From Patellaria atrata CBS 101060 (taxonomy: Eukaryota), in contig MU006101.1 of the NCBI GenBank assembly GCA_010093705.1, positions 186,001 to 250,000 of the forward strand: DNA of 64,000 nt, read 5' to 3'. This document shows, piece by piece, positions 35,387 through 47,980 of the stretch. The notes under the pieces were generated by a model. That model searched no databases. It was given only the letters and a program-made list of their open reading frames with translations, and had not been told where the DNA came from. A program made the position numbers and the translations under genes. Each line of letters opens with the position of its first letter. Position 1 is the stretch's first letter.

Positions 35387-36859
35387 GTGGATATCGCACT
35401 GTTGTTGGAGTCGCGAGACTCCGAGTCTCCAAGAGCCAGCAAGAGCATAACCTCTGTTGGCTCAGCGTCGACTGAAGCAACTCGAGCAACGGTAGCTCCA
35501 TCAACAGCATATACAACGCCGAGTTCTCTACCGGGCGCCCCACTTGGAATAATATCATATCCAGGACCCCCGTCACAAGGACGACCATCTCCAGGGCCAG
35601 TGCAGAGACCCCCGCTACCTCAACTATCATCGCAAAGTGGACTGCCTCAGCTACCTCAACCAAGTTATGCGCCTACCAGGCAACAGTTGCACCCGGAGCC
35701 GTTCAACCATCAGCAGCTCCGACCATTGTATTCAGGACCACCACCAACGTCCGGTCCTATCAGTCTTTCACGGCCGTTGTTGACTCCGTCTCCAGCTCCT
35801 GGTCCTAGTTCTAATAAGCGGTCAGCACCATCCGAGCCACTTCCAGAGGAAGCACCCGTCAAGAAGCAATCGAACTCCAAATGGACCAAGGAAGAGGACG
35901 AAATCAATACCGAGCTTCGCGGTAATGGTATGAAGTGGGATGATATCGCGAAACGACTACCAGGACGAAGTGCGATGAGCTGCCGCCTGCGTTTCCAGAA
36001 CTACATTGAACGCAAAGCCGACTGGGACGAAGAAAAGAAGAACAAGCTTGCAAGACTATACAATCGGTGCGAACCTCCCCCTGTTTTTGGTTAACCCTTG
36101 CCGTTTTTGGATCCCTTCACTATATACCCTTGATTGTACCCTGTATCGCTCTAGTTTTAACTCAAACCACCTGTACCACCCTCCCTTGCACCGTTTCTTT
36201 TGAGCATAGCTAACCACCTGTATAGATTCAAACAGGGCATGTGGGAGCAAGTAGCGAAGGAATTACAGATGCCCTGGCGGACCGTCGAGTCCATGCATTG
36301 GCAACTTGGCGAGCAAGAGATAGCTTCACGTGCTAATGCGCCAGTTTTTCAATTCCGTGGTGGTGGTACTACACCTGGTGCCAGCACAGGCCCTTTACCA
36401 GCGATCAGTCATTCAAGCCGCCGTCCGTCAGTAACTTCACCGCCTCTTCTTCCAACCACGAGTCAGGGTCCACTAAGCAGGGAATTTCAGCACCAACAAC
36501 CTGCAAGACGGAACAGACGTACTGCTGAAGGAAGACGCAGGAGGGTTAGCCCACAGTCAGTCAACCAATCCGCGTTGCCTGCCCCGAGTGACGGTGAACG
36601 AAGACCAGACCTCAGCCCTGGATCAACTGAAAATGTACCCTATCCACAAGGCTTTTTAGCAACTTCAAAAGATGACCGTGAGCGAAGAGAGGGCACGATG
36701 GAGACTAGGAGTGACGGTGGTACCTCATCAGTTGGAAGTAGGAGTTACGTAGATTTCAAGAGAGAAGGTGGAGAGCTAATGGTGAGGAGTCCGGTGCTAT
36801 CTGAGGGGAGGAGTTCAGGGGAAATCAAAAGGGAGGAGAGAAGTGATGGAGGCAATTAG
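35387..36859 (+). CDS. Myb/SANT DNA-binding protein; intron 36067-36225; probable GTG start at 35387
   Basis: SKWTKEEDEINTELRGNGMKWDDIAKRLPGRSAMSCRLRFQNY (Myb repeat), followed after splicing by RFKQGMWEQVAKELQMPWRTVESMHWQLGE. Start position is inferred. Confidence 0.85.
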
Positions 36860-38477
36860 ATCAAAGCAGTCTACGGCGAACGGCAATACTGACCCGTTTC
36901 GGACCTCGATGAAAGTCGAAGCCCCATCTGCCATTAGCTTTGGCACAATTGATCACTTCAATCCCCGTCAACCGACTGGGCTGCAATCTTCACTCACTCA
37001 AAGTTAAGAACTCAGATATCTACGGCAACGTAAAATAGGAAGAAGGGGAATATCAGGCGGGCACTGCATCACTTCCATCTCAATCAACATAATCTCAAGC
37101 ATATAACGACATCGGCGGTCATCTCTGTCTCCCGTTCTTCTTTTCTTCTTTACTATCATTACTACTTTAATCCCTTCATTACAATAACGAAGATCTGCAC
37201 GTCATTTTAGTCTTTTCAGTTTGCATTTAGCGTCGGGTGGATACCTTGTAGCGTCTTCAATCATGTAGCAAGCGAGCAAGTGAAATTTTCATTCCTATCA
37301 TTGATTCATTTGGGGTCTGTTGGCCTTCCATCCAGTTTCATTGGATTCGTGTCTCTTCGTATCTGCGATTATATTGTTGGCTGTTTGATACTTTCGATAT
37401 ACTTATGCATTTGCGTCTGCCTTGGTTTTTTTTGCATCGTCCTTTGGTGGTGGCGGGTTGGGATAGGTTGGCATCGATGGGTTTGGTTTTACTCGGGCTG
37501 CTGTTATCTGTGCTGCTCTTCTCAATTCTGAACTGGCGTATTGGGACTTGCAGTACGCTCTTGAATCGTTGGTTGGACGAGCATGGTATACGCCATACAT
37601 CACCCTTCCCCTGTTACGCTTGGTATTTTCGAACTCTCTGTACGTCTTGTTCACCGACAACTAGCAGGCTATCAACCCCCAAACAATCAAGCAATCTCTA
37701 CCGTCTGCATGGTTAAATTCGAACGACTTTCCTGAACAGTAGAGCCGTCGACTCTTTTCGAGTGTCAAACGTACAGCAAGGCGAGGAATGCGGGATCACA
37801 GGGGAAGAGTGGACCGTCCGGCCTACGCCATACATGCATATGCATACATTACAGATCAGCATTGCAGACGGGGGGATGCGTAGCAAGATTCTGCAAGCAG
37901 GGGAAAAAGGGGAGGCATACATATCATTTATTCACCCATCACTTACTATAGATGTTCTTTTTTTTTTTCCTCAGCCCGCAAGGCTATGCTATGCTATCTA
38001 CGTCACTCTAAAATTCGGGAGGTGCTTGCCCATATAGTACTTTTTTTTTTCCATACTATCTGTACTGTACAATACCAAATATGAAATAGCGTTTTGTCCT
38101 GACCGCTTCCCCTTGTAGGGAGCAGTTGGGCATGTATCGAGCTTCCCCCATCTGACTACCGTTTTTTTTTTTTTTTTAGGAAAAGTGAAACCGGGTTTCG
38201 GGATGCTTGGGAGAGAAGAGTTTAGAACTAATTCTAGTTCTAGCGAACAGAACTTCCTCGTGCGTACCTACCTACGTTTGAGCTTAGAAACCACTTTCCT
38301 TCCCACCTCATCTTTTTTTCTCGTTCGGCCTTCCCGGAGCCCTTTGAGTCACAACCCCGATTTTCCCCTAAATTACGAGGCGGGCGCTAAATCGGGCGTT
38401 TAATCGATCAGGTTTAGGGTTGCCAGCCTTGCGAATCTTGCATATAGAGATGTGTTGTTGTCATGAGGCCCCCCCCC

Positions 38478-38577
38478 NNNNNNNNNNNNNNNNNNNNNNN
38501 NNNNNNNNNNNNNNNNNNNNNNNNNNNNNNNNNNNNNNNNNNNNNNNNNNNNNNNNNNNNNNNNNNNNNNNNNNNNN
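38478..38577. other. Assembly gap (100 N) flanked by poly-C and poly-T
   Basis: Run of N characters. Confidence 0.99.
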
Positions 38578-41500
38578 ATTTTTTTTTTCTTAATTCTTGC
38601 TCATGGCTAGGTATTTTTGGGATTGGGGCGAGTGTCATATCAGGCTTTTTTCCTTGACCTTTCTATCACCGCTGGTTTTGCGGTTGCTGGGAGCGTGACA
38701 CGTTCGTCGAATTGGAAATCGGTCTTCACCGCTTCGATTTTTTGGGGTTCGGTCCGAAGCGTGCCCAAGCCGGTTTTTTGTTTGTAGTTGTTTGTTGTCT
38801 TGGGGTTTCTGGATGTGGAAGGTTGGTGGACTGTTGTTTGGGATCTGTGTAGAAGGGTTTGTGCTTTCTGCATTCCCTGGTGTTGGGTTTGAGGTCTTTG
38901 TTTGGGCTGCAAAGGGGGCTGGTAGGGGGGGTGGGGAGGGTTTGAGAGTCAGTGGATGGAGCTTAAAGGGGCTTTGGGTTAGTAGATGTGGTTTAGGGAA
39001 TCTAGACGTGGGCACCCCGGGTTTGGGTTGTGGTTGATGGTAGTGTTGGGGAGGTTTTAATGGTGCTTTGGTGCTTGGTGGTTGTTCTGTTGGTAGAGGA
39101 CTTGGACCGTGATGTCTCCGTTTTCTCTCTTTCCTCTCTATACTCTGAATATCATGGATTCACCCTTTCTACCTCAAATGGAATTAAGAGCCAAGTTATA
39201 AGAACTTAGCAACGTCGTGGAAGTGTCCCGATCTAGACGGGGAGTATCTTCATCATAACCTTCGATGATGAGTGAACCGTTTAGAAAGATAAGCCACCTA
39301 CCTACTTCCTCTCTATATCTACTTCATGAGCGGGTCTTGCTCAATGATGGCCAGCGTCCGAAATATCCTATCCCTTTTTTCACTCTCCGCGAACGACACC
39401 GTCTGACCTGAGACGACACCATCGAGTCTCCCCCTTACCCACGGGGATTGAGCACGCCACGAAGGGTAACATGCTACCAAGCATCCAGAGTTCGTTCAAA
39501 TCATTCCGAAGACAAGATTAAGGGCAAGACAGGATGTCTTGGCTGCAGTGTCCCCCTAAGTTCTACCAGCAAGTTCGACCTCCCTAATTCATTAACTATA
39601 CAAAGAGATAACACTGGCCTAAAATCTAGATTCGAACTCATCCCACACATAGGCGTATACAACGACAATCCCCCCTTATCAAACCTCCAACCTCTAACTA
39701 AACAGGACAAATCTCTCCCATACTCTACAGACCACATATATACATCTACAAGCAGCCGGGAACGGCCATACCAGACGACACTCATAACCGTGTTCAGCGT
39801 ACCTCTCACCAGTCCAACTCCGCAACTGAGGAGAATCTTTCGTTGTCGGAGAACGCAATATCTGTCCTGAACTGCTAGTCCGTCATCCTGCTTTTCGTTT
39901 CAGACGCTGGTGGTCTAATGTCCGTGCTTAGGGGCAACTTTTTTTTTATCATTTCAATACCCGGCATCCAAAGATCGAGGACTATGGATTGAAAGCAGAA
40001 ACGGGTGGGCCAAGGTGTTTTCGTGTCGGCCATGAAGATGGTGCTCCACCTATTCTACCACCGCTTTTCGGCGGACCTTTACTTAGAACTTGTGCGTGGA
40101 AGAAAAGCTAGGATCATGGGTTTGGATGTGAGCTTTAGACTTATGAGAGATTGTATACTGGTTGTAGCGAAGGTCGTGAGGCTTTACAGTGTTTACTTAT
40201 CTTTTTCTGGGGCGCATGACCGAAGTGTCATTGTGTGACGGGTATCTCGCGGGATGTTGGACACCTCGATCAAGGTTTGCATAAAGATGTGTGGGATGCG
40301 TGGTTTGTCAAAGGTTTGGAGGAAGTATCTTCGGTGATAGAGACGTATATATTACACACATTGTCGGTCTATACCTTTCGCTTACTTCTCATCTTTAATG
40401 AGAGGTCTTCGTTTTTTCTCCCTTCGGCGGCTATTATATTGTCTATGTCACGGTATCAACAGATGTCCTTCCCGCTCAATACTGAACAAACGTTCAGGTC
40501 AATGGAGTGAGATACGGTCCGCTATTGTGCACTAAGGGACACACTACATGCGTAGGAATATAGTAAAGGTATCGCTCCGTCATAAATCCTCCGAGGACCA
40601 GTTGTATGATTGTACATATCCTGTTTCCGCGAGCTATGAGACAGGAGCAAGAACACTCGAGAACACTGCATCATGCTCTCGAGAGCCTGGGTCTGAGTTG
40701 GATTTGCAGTTGTGCTTTATGGTCCTATATGGATGATGGGTGAGGTATGATACGTGCAGGGGAATTTGGCTAGGAGATAGTTAAGCATCACGCTGCTAGG
40801 TATGAGGTGAATATTAGAAGGACTGGAACGATGTTATATGGGAAGCTTTTAAGGATGCGGTGCAATAACAAAATTATATCAATTGATCTCAAGCTGGAGT
40901 CCTATAATCAAATGGTTCGTGATCTGTATTATAAATCTCCACCCCGTTTTTCCGTCTAGTTCTCACAAACCCCTGTGTGGATGGATCCATAACTTTGGTC
41001 TTGGGCGTCGAAGGTCGTCTGAACCAGGCCCAATACGTCTTGCGACTGGAGTCAATCGCAGCATAATCACCTAAGCTTCAAGCATTTGCAGAACATATTT
41101 AGAACCTTTGCGCAAAGAGTTTGCGCTCTCAACCTACAGACTGAGTCCGATACGCACAACGACAAAAGGTTTGATTGTAAGTAGTACGGTACGGATGTTC
41201 TGTACCATTATCCACTTTGGGACCGGGTAAGGGGCTACCTAAAATGTATGGAAGGTGAGAAATGAAATACGAGAACTGAAGCATAGGTAGAGACAATGTT
41301 TTGAATCTGAGTTTTATTTGAGAGATAGTAAAGCGGTGTTTGACCTAAGTAATAGAGGTAATCGGGAAATGAAGAGGGTATGTGATCAGTGCGAATCAAT
41401 GAACAATAGAACGTTTAATTGGTGATAGAAGTGCATATTGAGATCTATTGTGTATTGTAGATTGGGACTCTTTATCGCTTTTTAAGGGGTTTCGATTCTA

Positions 41501-42267
41501 CTGTATAGGAAAGCTAGAAACATACTGCATAGGTACTGTACAAAGAGGGCCAACAATACTGACGACATGCACGTGAACAACAGATGACGTGCAAGAATGA
41601 AAACTAACAGATTAGTAGTACTAGACTAGTAAGAGTATAGAGACGGAGTATACCGACCATACAGCAAGGAATTGAGTTCTGGTGACGGTCCCGGAGAGGT
41701 TGTAGATAGTAGTCATAGTACGGCGAAAACGTTCATGTGTTCATTTACATCCGATGACCCTTGGTTTGGTCATGCGGTTTCCGTGAGGAATGGCTCTAAC
41801 TCTCCATGCTGGTACTCTTGAAGACAGGAACGCAATACGAGAAGTCTCGCAGCTATGATTTTGGCTCGGACTAGAAATTCTCACGAGCTAGTTCCGCAAG
41901 TTTAGGGTAAATAGAGTAGCATGGAGTAAATAAGACGCAGAATGTATAAGAAGACATAAAGTAAGATAAAAGTAGATTTCCATATCTTGTAGACTTTTGA
42001 GGTGATGAAAGTTGGGTAGATATCCAACTACGGAAAAACCTCGGGTTGAAGCTTCGGTCAATATTGCCTGGCCTAAATATTTTATTTTTACTGAAAGTTT
42101 TGTTTAACATTATTGGAAACTACAACTTACAGATCACAACATCTATTCGCAAGCATCTGTCAACGAAATTTACCAGATAACTTAAAACGTACAACTCATG
42201 AACGATCGCTGATTCTCCTCACTACTTAGTGCTCTATTGGATTAACAGCATAATCTTCAATTGCGTC

Positions 42268-43746
42268 ATGGGATATATCGGGGAAATCGCCGGCCACTAT
42301 TATGGTACGTTAGAAAAAAAGAAGCGTTCCAGCTACTCTTGTCTGCATACTGACATATTCCCTGAAGACGAGGAGCAAGACAGATATTTTAAGATTCAGT
42401 CATCAGGCCTGGCAACACCAAACCAATCGAAATATGTGTTAGATGAAGTCCTAAAAGTGAAGCGAGCACGCGAGAAACGGAAGCTCCAGGACGAATTTGT
42501 AGCTCAACAACAGATATCTACGGTAAAACGCGCACAGCATCTTCGACCAACAACCGCTACGACTGCTGCTCTGGCACATGAGCAGGACTGTTACTCTAAA
42601 CCATCGCCCCGGAAACTAGCTTACGTCTCTTCATTTTCTGCAAGCTTGAAGACTTTTCCACGTTACGTCACGAAAAATTCTCTCGTTCGCCTTGAAGGTT
42701 TTGCGCACGATGAGTTGACGGATGCCGTTTTCCTTGCTCTGTCGACTACGATTCCGCGGAACCATTATTGGGTTGCCTGCGACACGGCGCATCAATTTGC
42801 TGTCAATAGTCCAAGATGGACTTCCCACCTCGTGCGCACAGAACTGCAGTACTTTGTTAAGCGAAAAGACCAAGTGGACTTTTCTCCGAGTACCGGTACC
42901 TTGATTCTAAGTGGTGGAGGCGGTGCCGGTTCTGAAATATATCTCACTCATTTGAGCGAATCAGATCGGATGAGACCAAATTTCGATCTATGGCAAGCTT
43001 CTATTGCGACCTTGTTGAGACCGGATGTCAGCAGTATCCGGTCATTGGCTGTAAATCCTTTCAGGACTACAAATAGCTCGTACGCATCAACGGAAAAAAT
43101 TATTGCAGGGGCAAGTGATTGTCTCCTATCTATAACATCCACGGGCTATGGAACCTGGGACACGTCTAGGTCTATTAGAACACATAGCGATGTGATGGCG
43201 GTCTCGTGGCTCGCAGAGGAGATAGCAATGGCTGGATGTCGCGATGGTACAATTTTCTTGTGGGACTCTCGATCACAAGGCCATCATCCTCGAATTCACC
43301 ATCGTAGCGTAATTTCCAGCTTGAAAAGAGGGGACAATGAGTCTCGGATTGTTGTGTGTGGCCTCGAAAATTCCTTAGATATGTACGATCTACGCATGAT
43401 GAAACACCTACAACCAAATCAGAGTTCGAGGAAAAAGTCCAAGAAAGGAATATATCCTCTCCCAAAGGAGCCAGCAACTGAGCCGTATCTCAGTTTTGAC
43501 TATGACAACAACACGGCCAGAAGTCTGGGAATGGATGTTTGTGGCGAACTAGGCCTCGTTGCTGCAGCCGATCAGAATGGCTTCATTCAGATCTACTCAC
43601 TACAATCAGGGGAAGCCGTGAGATCAGTTGCGGTTGGAACGAAAGACGACAGGCATTGCTCCAGTCTTAGATGGGTTAGGGACAAACAAAGCGGTTGGAA
43701 AATAATGTGTAACGACGATAGTTCCGTCTATAATCTTGAGTGGTAA
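42268..43746 (+). CDS. WD40 protein, DCAF4/WDR21-like (putative DDB1-CUL4 substrate receptor); in-frame intron 42305-42367
   Basis: Spliced N-terminus EIAGHYYDEEQDRYFKI resembles the DCAF4 'PGFYYD..K.RYFKI' motif. WD repeats include AGCRDGTIFLWDSR and LDMYDLR (WDxR-type boxes). Confidence 0.78.
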   Translation: MGYIGEIAGHYYGTLEKKKRSSYSCLHTDIFPEDEEQDRYFKIQSSGLATPNQSKYVLDEVLKVKRAREKRKLQDEFVAQQQISTVKRAQHLRPTTATTAALAHEQDCYSKPSPRKLAYVSSFSASLKTFPRYVTKNSLVRLEGFAHDELTDAVFLALSTTIPRNHYWVACDTAHQFAVNSPRWTSHLVRTELQYFVKRKDQVDFSPSTGTLILSGGGGAGSEIYLTHLSESDRMRPNFDLWQASIATLLRPDVSSIRSLAVNPFRTTNSSYASTEKIIAGASDCLLSITSTGYGTWDTSRSIRTHSDVMAVSWLAEEIAMAGCRDGTIFLWDSRSQGHHPRIHHRSVISSLKRGDNESRIVVCGLENSLDMYDLRMMKHLQPNQSSRKKSKKGIYPLPKEPATEPYLSFDYDNNTARSLGMDVCGELGLVAAADQNGFIQIYSLQSGEAVRSVAVGTKDDRHCSSLRWVRDKQSGWKIMCNDDSSVYNLEW

Positions 43747-44213
43747 GTCCAGAGAGATGTCAGCTCTAGATGTAGTGGAGCTTGATTTCCTCCCAACCTG
43801 GGCTTAGTTCCAGTCAAGGTAAGGACGTGAATTTTCTTTTGTATGTAGCAGCCGTTGGTAAGGAACAGAACTTCATAGGTCGCCCTGGTTAGCTCCAGCT
43901 ACGGCGCATCCGAAGGATGATCTTGAACACATTGCAGAGGATGGTCTGGTGGGTAAGACAGATCTTCCTACAATAATGAGTGTTCTGAAAATGAGTTGGA
44001 GAAGGAAAAGAAATTCTCTGCATGGGAGACGAAGTTGAGATGGAAATTCGGCCTTGCTTCGCTTAAATAGATGAGCCAATCATGGCCGGGCTTTTGTAAC
44101 GCTTAGCTTTGATACTTGAGAACGTCAATGCCATCAGACTTTATTGCCTCCGTACCTCCCAGCCGTTCTCCCCCTCTCTCCATTATCTTGTGTGTCGTTT
44201 CCCTTCCTCAGAG

Positions 44214-46665
44214 ATGTTGCGGCACCAGGTGTTAAGGTCGGTAATAAGGCCTAGCCGCCTGTCATGCCTCAATGCCAGGAGGACCTTTGCCGGAACTCCT
44301 TCGAGGCAGGCCGAAGTCGAGCTTACAATAGGTGCGCAAAGCGCCATAATTGTCTCAATTCATTTCGCTAATGTATTGTAGATGGAAAGAAGATCTCAAT
44401 TGAAGGTATACCTATCTAACTACGCGTCCTATCGATCGTATGCCTGACTTTCTCTCAAGCTGGATCCGCCCTCATCCAAGCCTGCGAGAAGGCCGGCGTT
44501 ACCGTTCCTCGTTATTGCTACCACGAAAAATTGTTGATTGCTGGTAATTGTCGTATGTGCCTTGTCGAGGTAGAACGGGCGCCAAAGCCAGTAGCCTCCT
44601 GCGCATGGCCCGTTCAACCGGGAATGGTAGTCAAAACAGACTCACCGTTAGTACACAAAGCTCGTGAAGGTGTCATGGAATTCCTATTGGCGAATCATCC
44701 ACTAGACTGCCCGATCTGTGATCAAGGTGGTGAGTGTGATTTGCAAGACCAATCGATGAGATATGGAGCGGACAGAGGACGATTCCATGAGCTTGGCGGA
44801 AAGCGAGCAGTCGAGGACAAGAACATAGGGCCTCTAGTTAAGGTATGCCCGCCCATAGTTCTGAGAAATGATTGTAGCTAATAATATCAGACCTCGATGA
44901 ACAGATGTATCCATTGTACTCGATGTGTTCGATTCGCGAATGATGTTGCTGGCGCTCCCGAACTCGGTTCAACTGGACGCGGGAATGATTTACAAATTGG
45001 CACATATCTAGAGACGGCACTTGATACGGAAATGTCAGGAAATGTTATCGATCTCTGTCCTGTCGGAGCTCTCACATCAAAACCATATGCGTTCAAGGCA
45101 AGGCCCTGGGAATTATATCATTCAGAATCGGTGGACGTCTCGGATGGTCTAGGGTCTAATATCAGGATCGACTCCAGAGGTCTTCAAGTCATGCGTATAT
45201 TACCCCGTCTTAACGACGATATCAATGAGGAGTGGATCAACGATAAATCTAGATTTGCCTGCGACGGTCTCGGTACCCAGAGGTTGACCACCCCCCTTAT
45301 CAGACGTGGCAATGAGTTCCAACCAGCATCTTGGGAACAAGCACTGGTTGAGATTGGGAACACATTTCAGAAACTGGCACCCAAGAAGAATGAGTTCAAG
45401 GCTGTCGCAGGGCACCTTGTTGATACAGAAACGCTTGTTGCGATGAAGGACCTTGCGAATCGTTTAGGCTCTGAAAATCTTGCTCTCGACCAACCACAGG
45501 GCAGCCAACCTATTGCGCATGGCATCGATATTCGGTCTAGTTATACTTTTAACTCTAAGATCTCCGGTGTTGAAGAAGCCGACGCAATACTACTCATCGG
45601 TACTAATCCTCGCCATGAAGCCGCTGGTCTAAACGTACGTATCCGTAAACAATGGGTAAGGTCTGATTTGGAGGTCGGTCTTGTTGGTGAAGATTTTGAC
45701 AGCATATTCGATTACGAGAAGCTCGGCACAAACGTTAGAGACCTCAAGGAAGCACTGGCAGGCGCATTCGGCAAAAAGCTTCAGTCAGCCAAGAAACCGT
45801 TGATCATTGTAGGCAGCGGGGCGGTAGAACATCCTGACTCGAAAGCCATATTCGAGACCGTGGGTGCTTTCGTGGAGAAGAATAAATCAAATTTCCTCAC
45901 GCCGGAATGGAATGGTTACAATGTCCTTCAACGGGCAGCTTCCCGCACCGGTGCCTACGAAGTCGGCTTCACCGTTCCCTCACCTAGTGTTGCCTCAACA
46001 AAACCAAAGTTTGTCTGGTTATTAGGAGCTGATGAGATTGACGAGTCCGAGATTCCCAAAGACGCGTTCGTCGTATACCAGGGACATCACGGCGATCGAG
46101 GCGCACAAATAGCGGACGTTGTCCTACCTAGTGCTGCTTACACCGAGAAATCGGTCACATATATCAATACCGAAGGTCGTGCGCAAATGACTCGTGCAGC
46201 TGTGAACCTTATCGGTGCAGCCCGCGAAGACTGGAAGATCATCCGCGCTGCTAGCGAGTACCTCGGTCAACCTCTTCCCTACGATGATGTAGAGTCATTA
46301 CGGGATCGCATGGAAGAAATAAGTCCAGCTACAAGAAGATATGATGTTGTTGAAGAGACCAGCCTTGCTCCTCTCAGCAAAGTACAACTAGTGGATCAGA
46401 ACAAGGGGTCGAAACCCACAGGAGAACCTTTGAAGAAGGTCATTGAAAACTTTTATTTCACAGATTCAATCAGCAGGAAGTAAGTTGCCCCTTTTTTCCG
46501 CCTTTTTACCTGGAGGTTGATACTAATAGCATTTGTAGTTCACCAACAATGGCAAGATGCGCAGCAGCAAAGGCCCAGAAAAACCCCAACACAAACTTCA
46601 TGGCATCCGGGGAGCCTGATCCTACGATCCATTATGGAGATCCTCAAGCTGCAAGTTCTGGCTAA
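44214..46665 (+). CDS. NDUFS1: NADH:ubiquinone oxidoreductase 75/78-kDa Fe-S subunit; introns 44332-44381, 44406-44459, 44843-44890, 46480-46538
   Basis: Arg-rich mitochondrial presequence. Motifs [53 protein letters not shown] and DLCPVGAL. Confidence 0.97.
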
Positions 46666-47980
46666 TGTCACTGGAACTTTGACGAGAGGGATTGTATAGT
46701 GTCAACATACCTTTTATATGGAGGGGTGAGGTAAAGATGCAGAGCTTGGCGTTTCGAATTGTACATAGGGCTTAAGTGTTGAGAATCCAAAGTGTAAGAT
46801 TTCAATACCCTTCGTCTACGGTATGAAACGAGGTTTGATACTATGTGATGAGGACGGGATCTCAGCTATTCTAACTAGCGACCACATGAGTAGATCTGAT
46901 TAGGTTATCGGCTCGGCGGGGGGCTGGTGGGGTATCAAACCTTAACCAAACTGCTGTCTTCCAGTGCCGTTTTGATCGTCAAGTACAGTATATGTTTCTA
47001 ATGTTCAAAGCATTGCCTCATTCGATATTGCTTGCAATATATTGTAAATCCTTCTTGAGGTTTCAGGATAGTACTTCCAAGCACCTGACATACTATAGAG
47101 AATATCAGGCTACAAGAGGAAACCCTGCACTATATCTCTGGATTAATGTTTCTAGATTAATAAATAACATGCCGCCATAGGCTCTCAGTTCAGATGGCAT
47201 GAAACAGGAAGTATTACGGAGTACAGTAATGTCAACGAGATCTCGGCAGAACTCGGTATGGAGTATCTCACTAGCCCTAAGGATGAGAACCAGTTTGCCA
47301 CTCTGGCTCGTCTGCTAGATGCCCACATGGGGAACCTGAAACGGCCAGCCGCACTTTATTCTCAATCACAATTCTCAACGGCAGGCTTCACATCTGGTCC
47401 TATAGACCTACTAGCATAGACTGAGGAAAGACTATATCTCTTATAATTTAGTATCTCGAGCCCATTATGAGTCAATTTATCATTCGCTCACAGCATCTGG
47501 ACTTTTTGATCATGAAGCATATACTGTTTCTTATGCGGGAAACACTTGGCTCAAATCAATCCATTTTATTATCACTTTGCTGACCTCCACATTACCTTCA
47601 GAAAACCGCTATGGGGACTGGGATCTGCTGTATCTGGGCCTAATGCAATGCGGATCTCTCATCTATCCCTTGCTGGAACTATCCGCCCAGAGATCTCTTA
47701 TTCGTCTGCTATTCCCGACAAAAGGCTCTATATGAGCCCATTGCTTCCATTGTTTTGCACTCTGATGGACCTATCAAGCTACTGCGGACCGCCGGCCTTG
47801 TTGCGCGGTTGAATTTTGGTCGCATGGTAAGCTAGAAATGAACTATGCGAGATCTACTTCGTCCGCGGATCATACATAGTACAACACAATCTAGTTGCAT
47901 GGTAATGGAAGTATATATTATGGCACAACTCCACAGTTCCCCATGTCTTTTCGTCTCTTTTTGCGGGCAGGTTTTCCAAA

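Noticed and set aside
38635..41900. Possible transposon relic beside the gap
   Set aside because: No transposase, RT or integrase motifs, LTRs or TIRs could be recognised.
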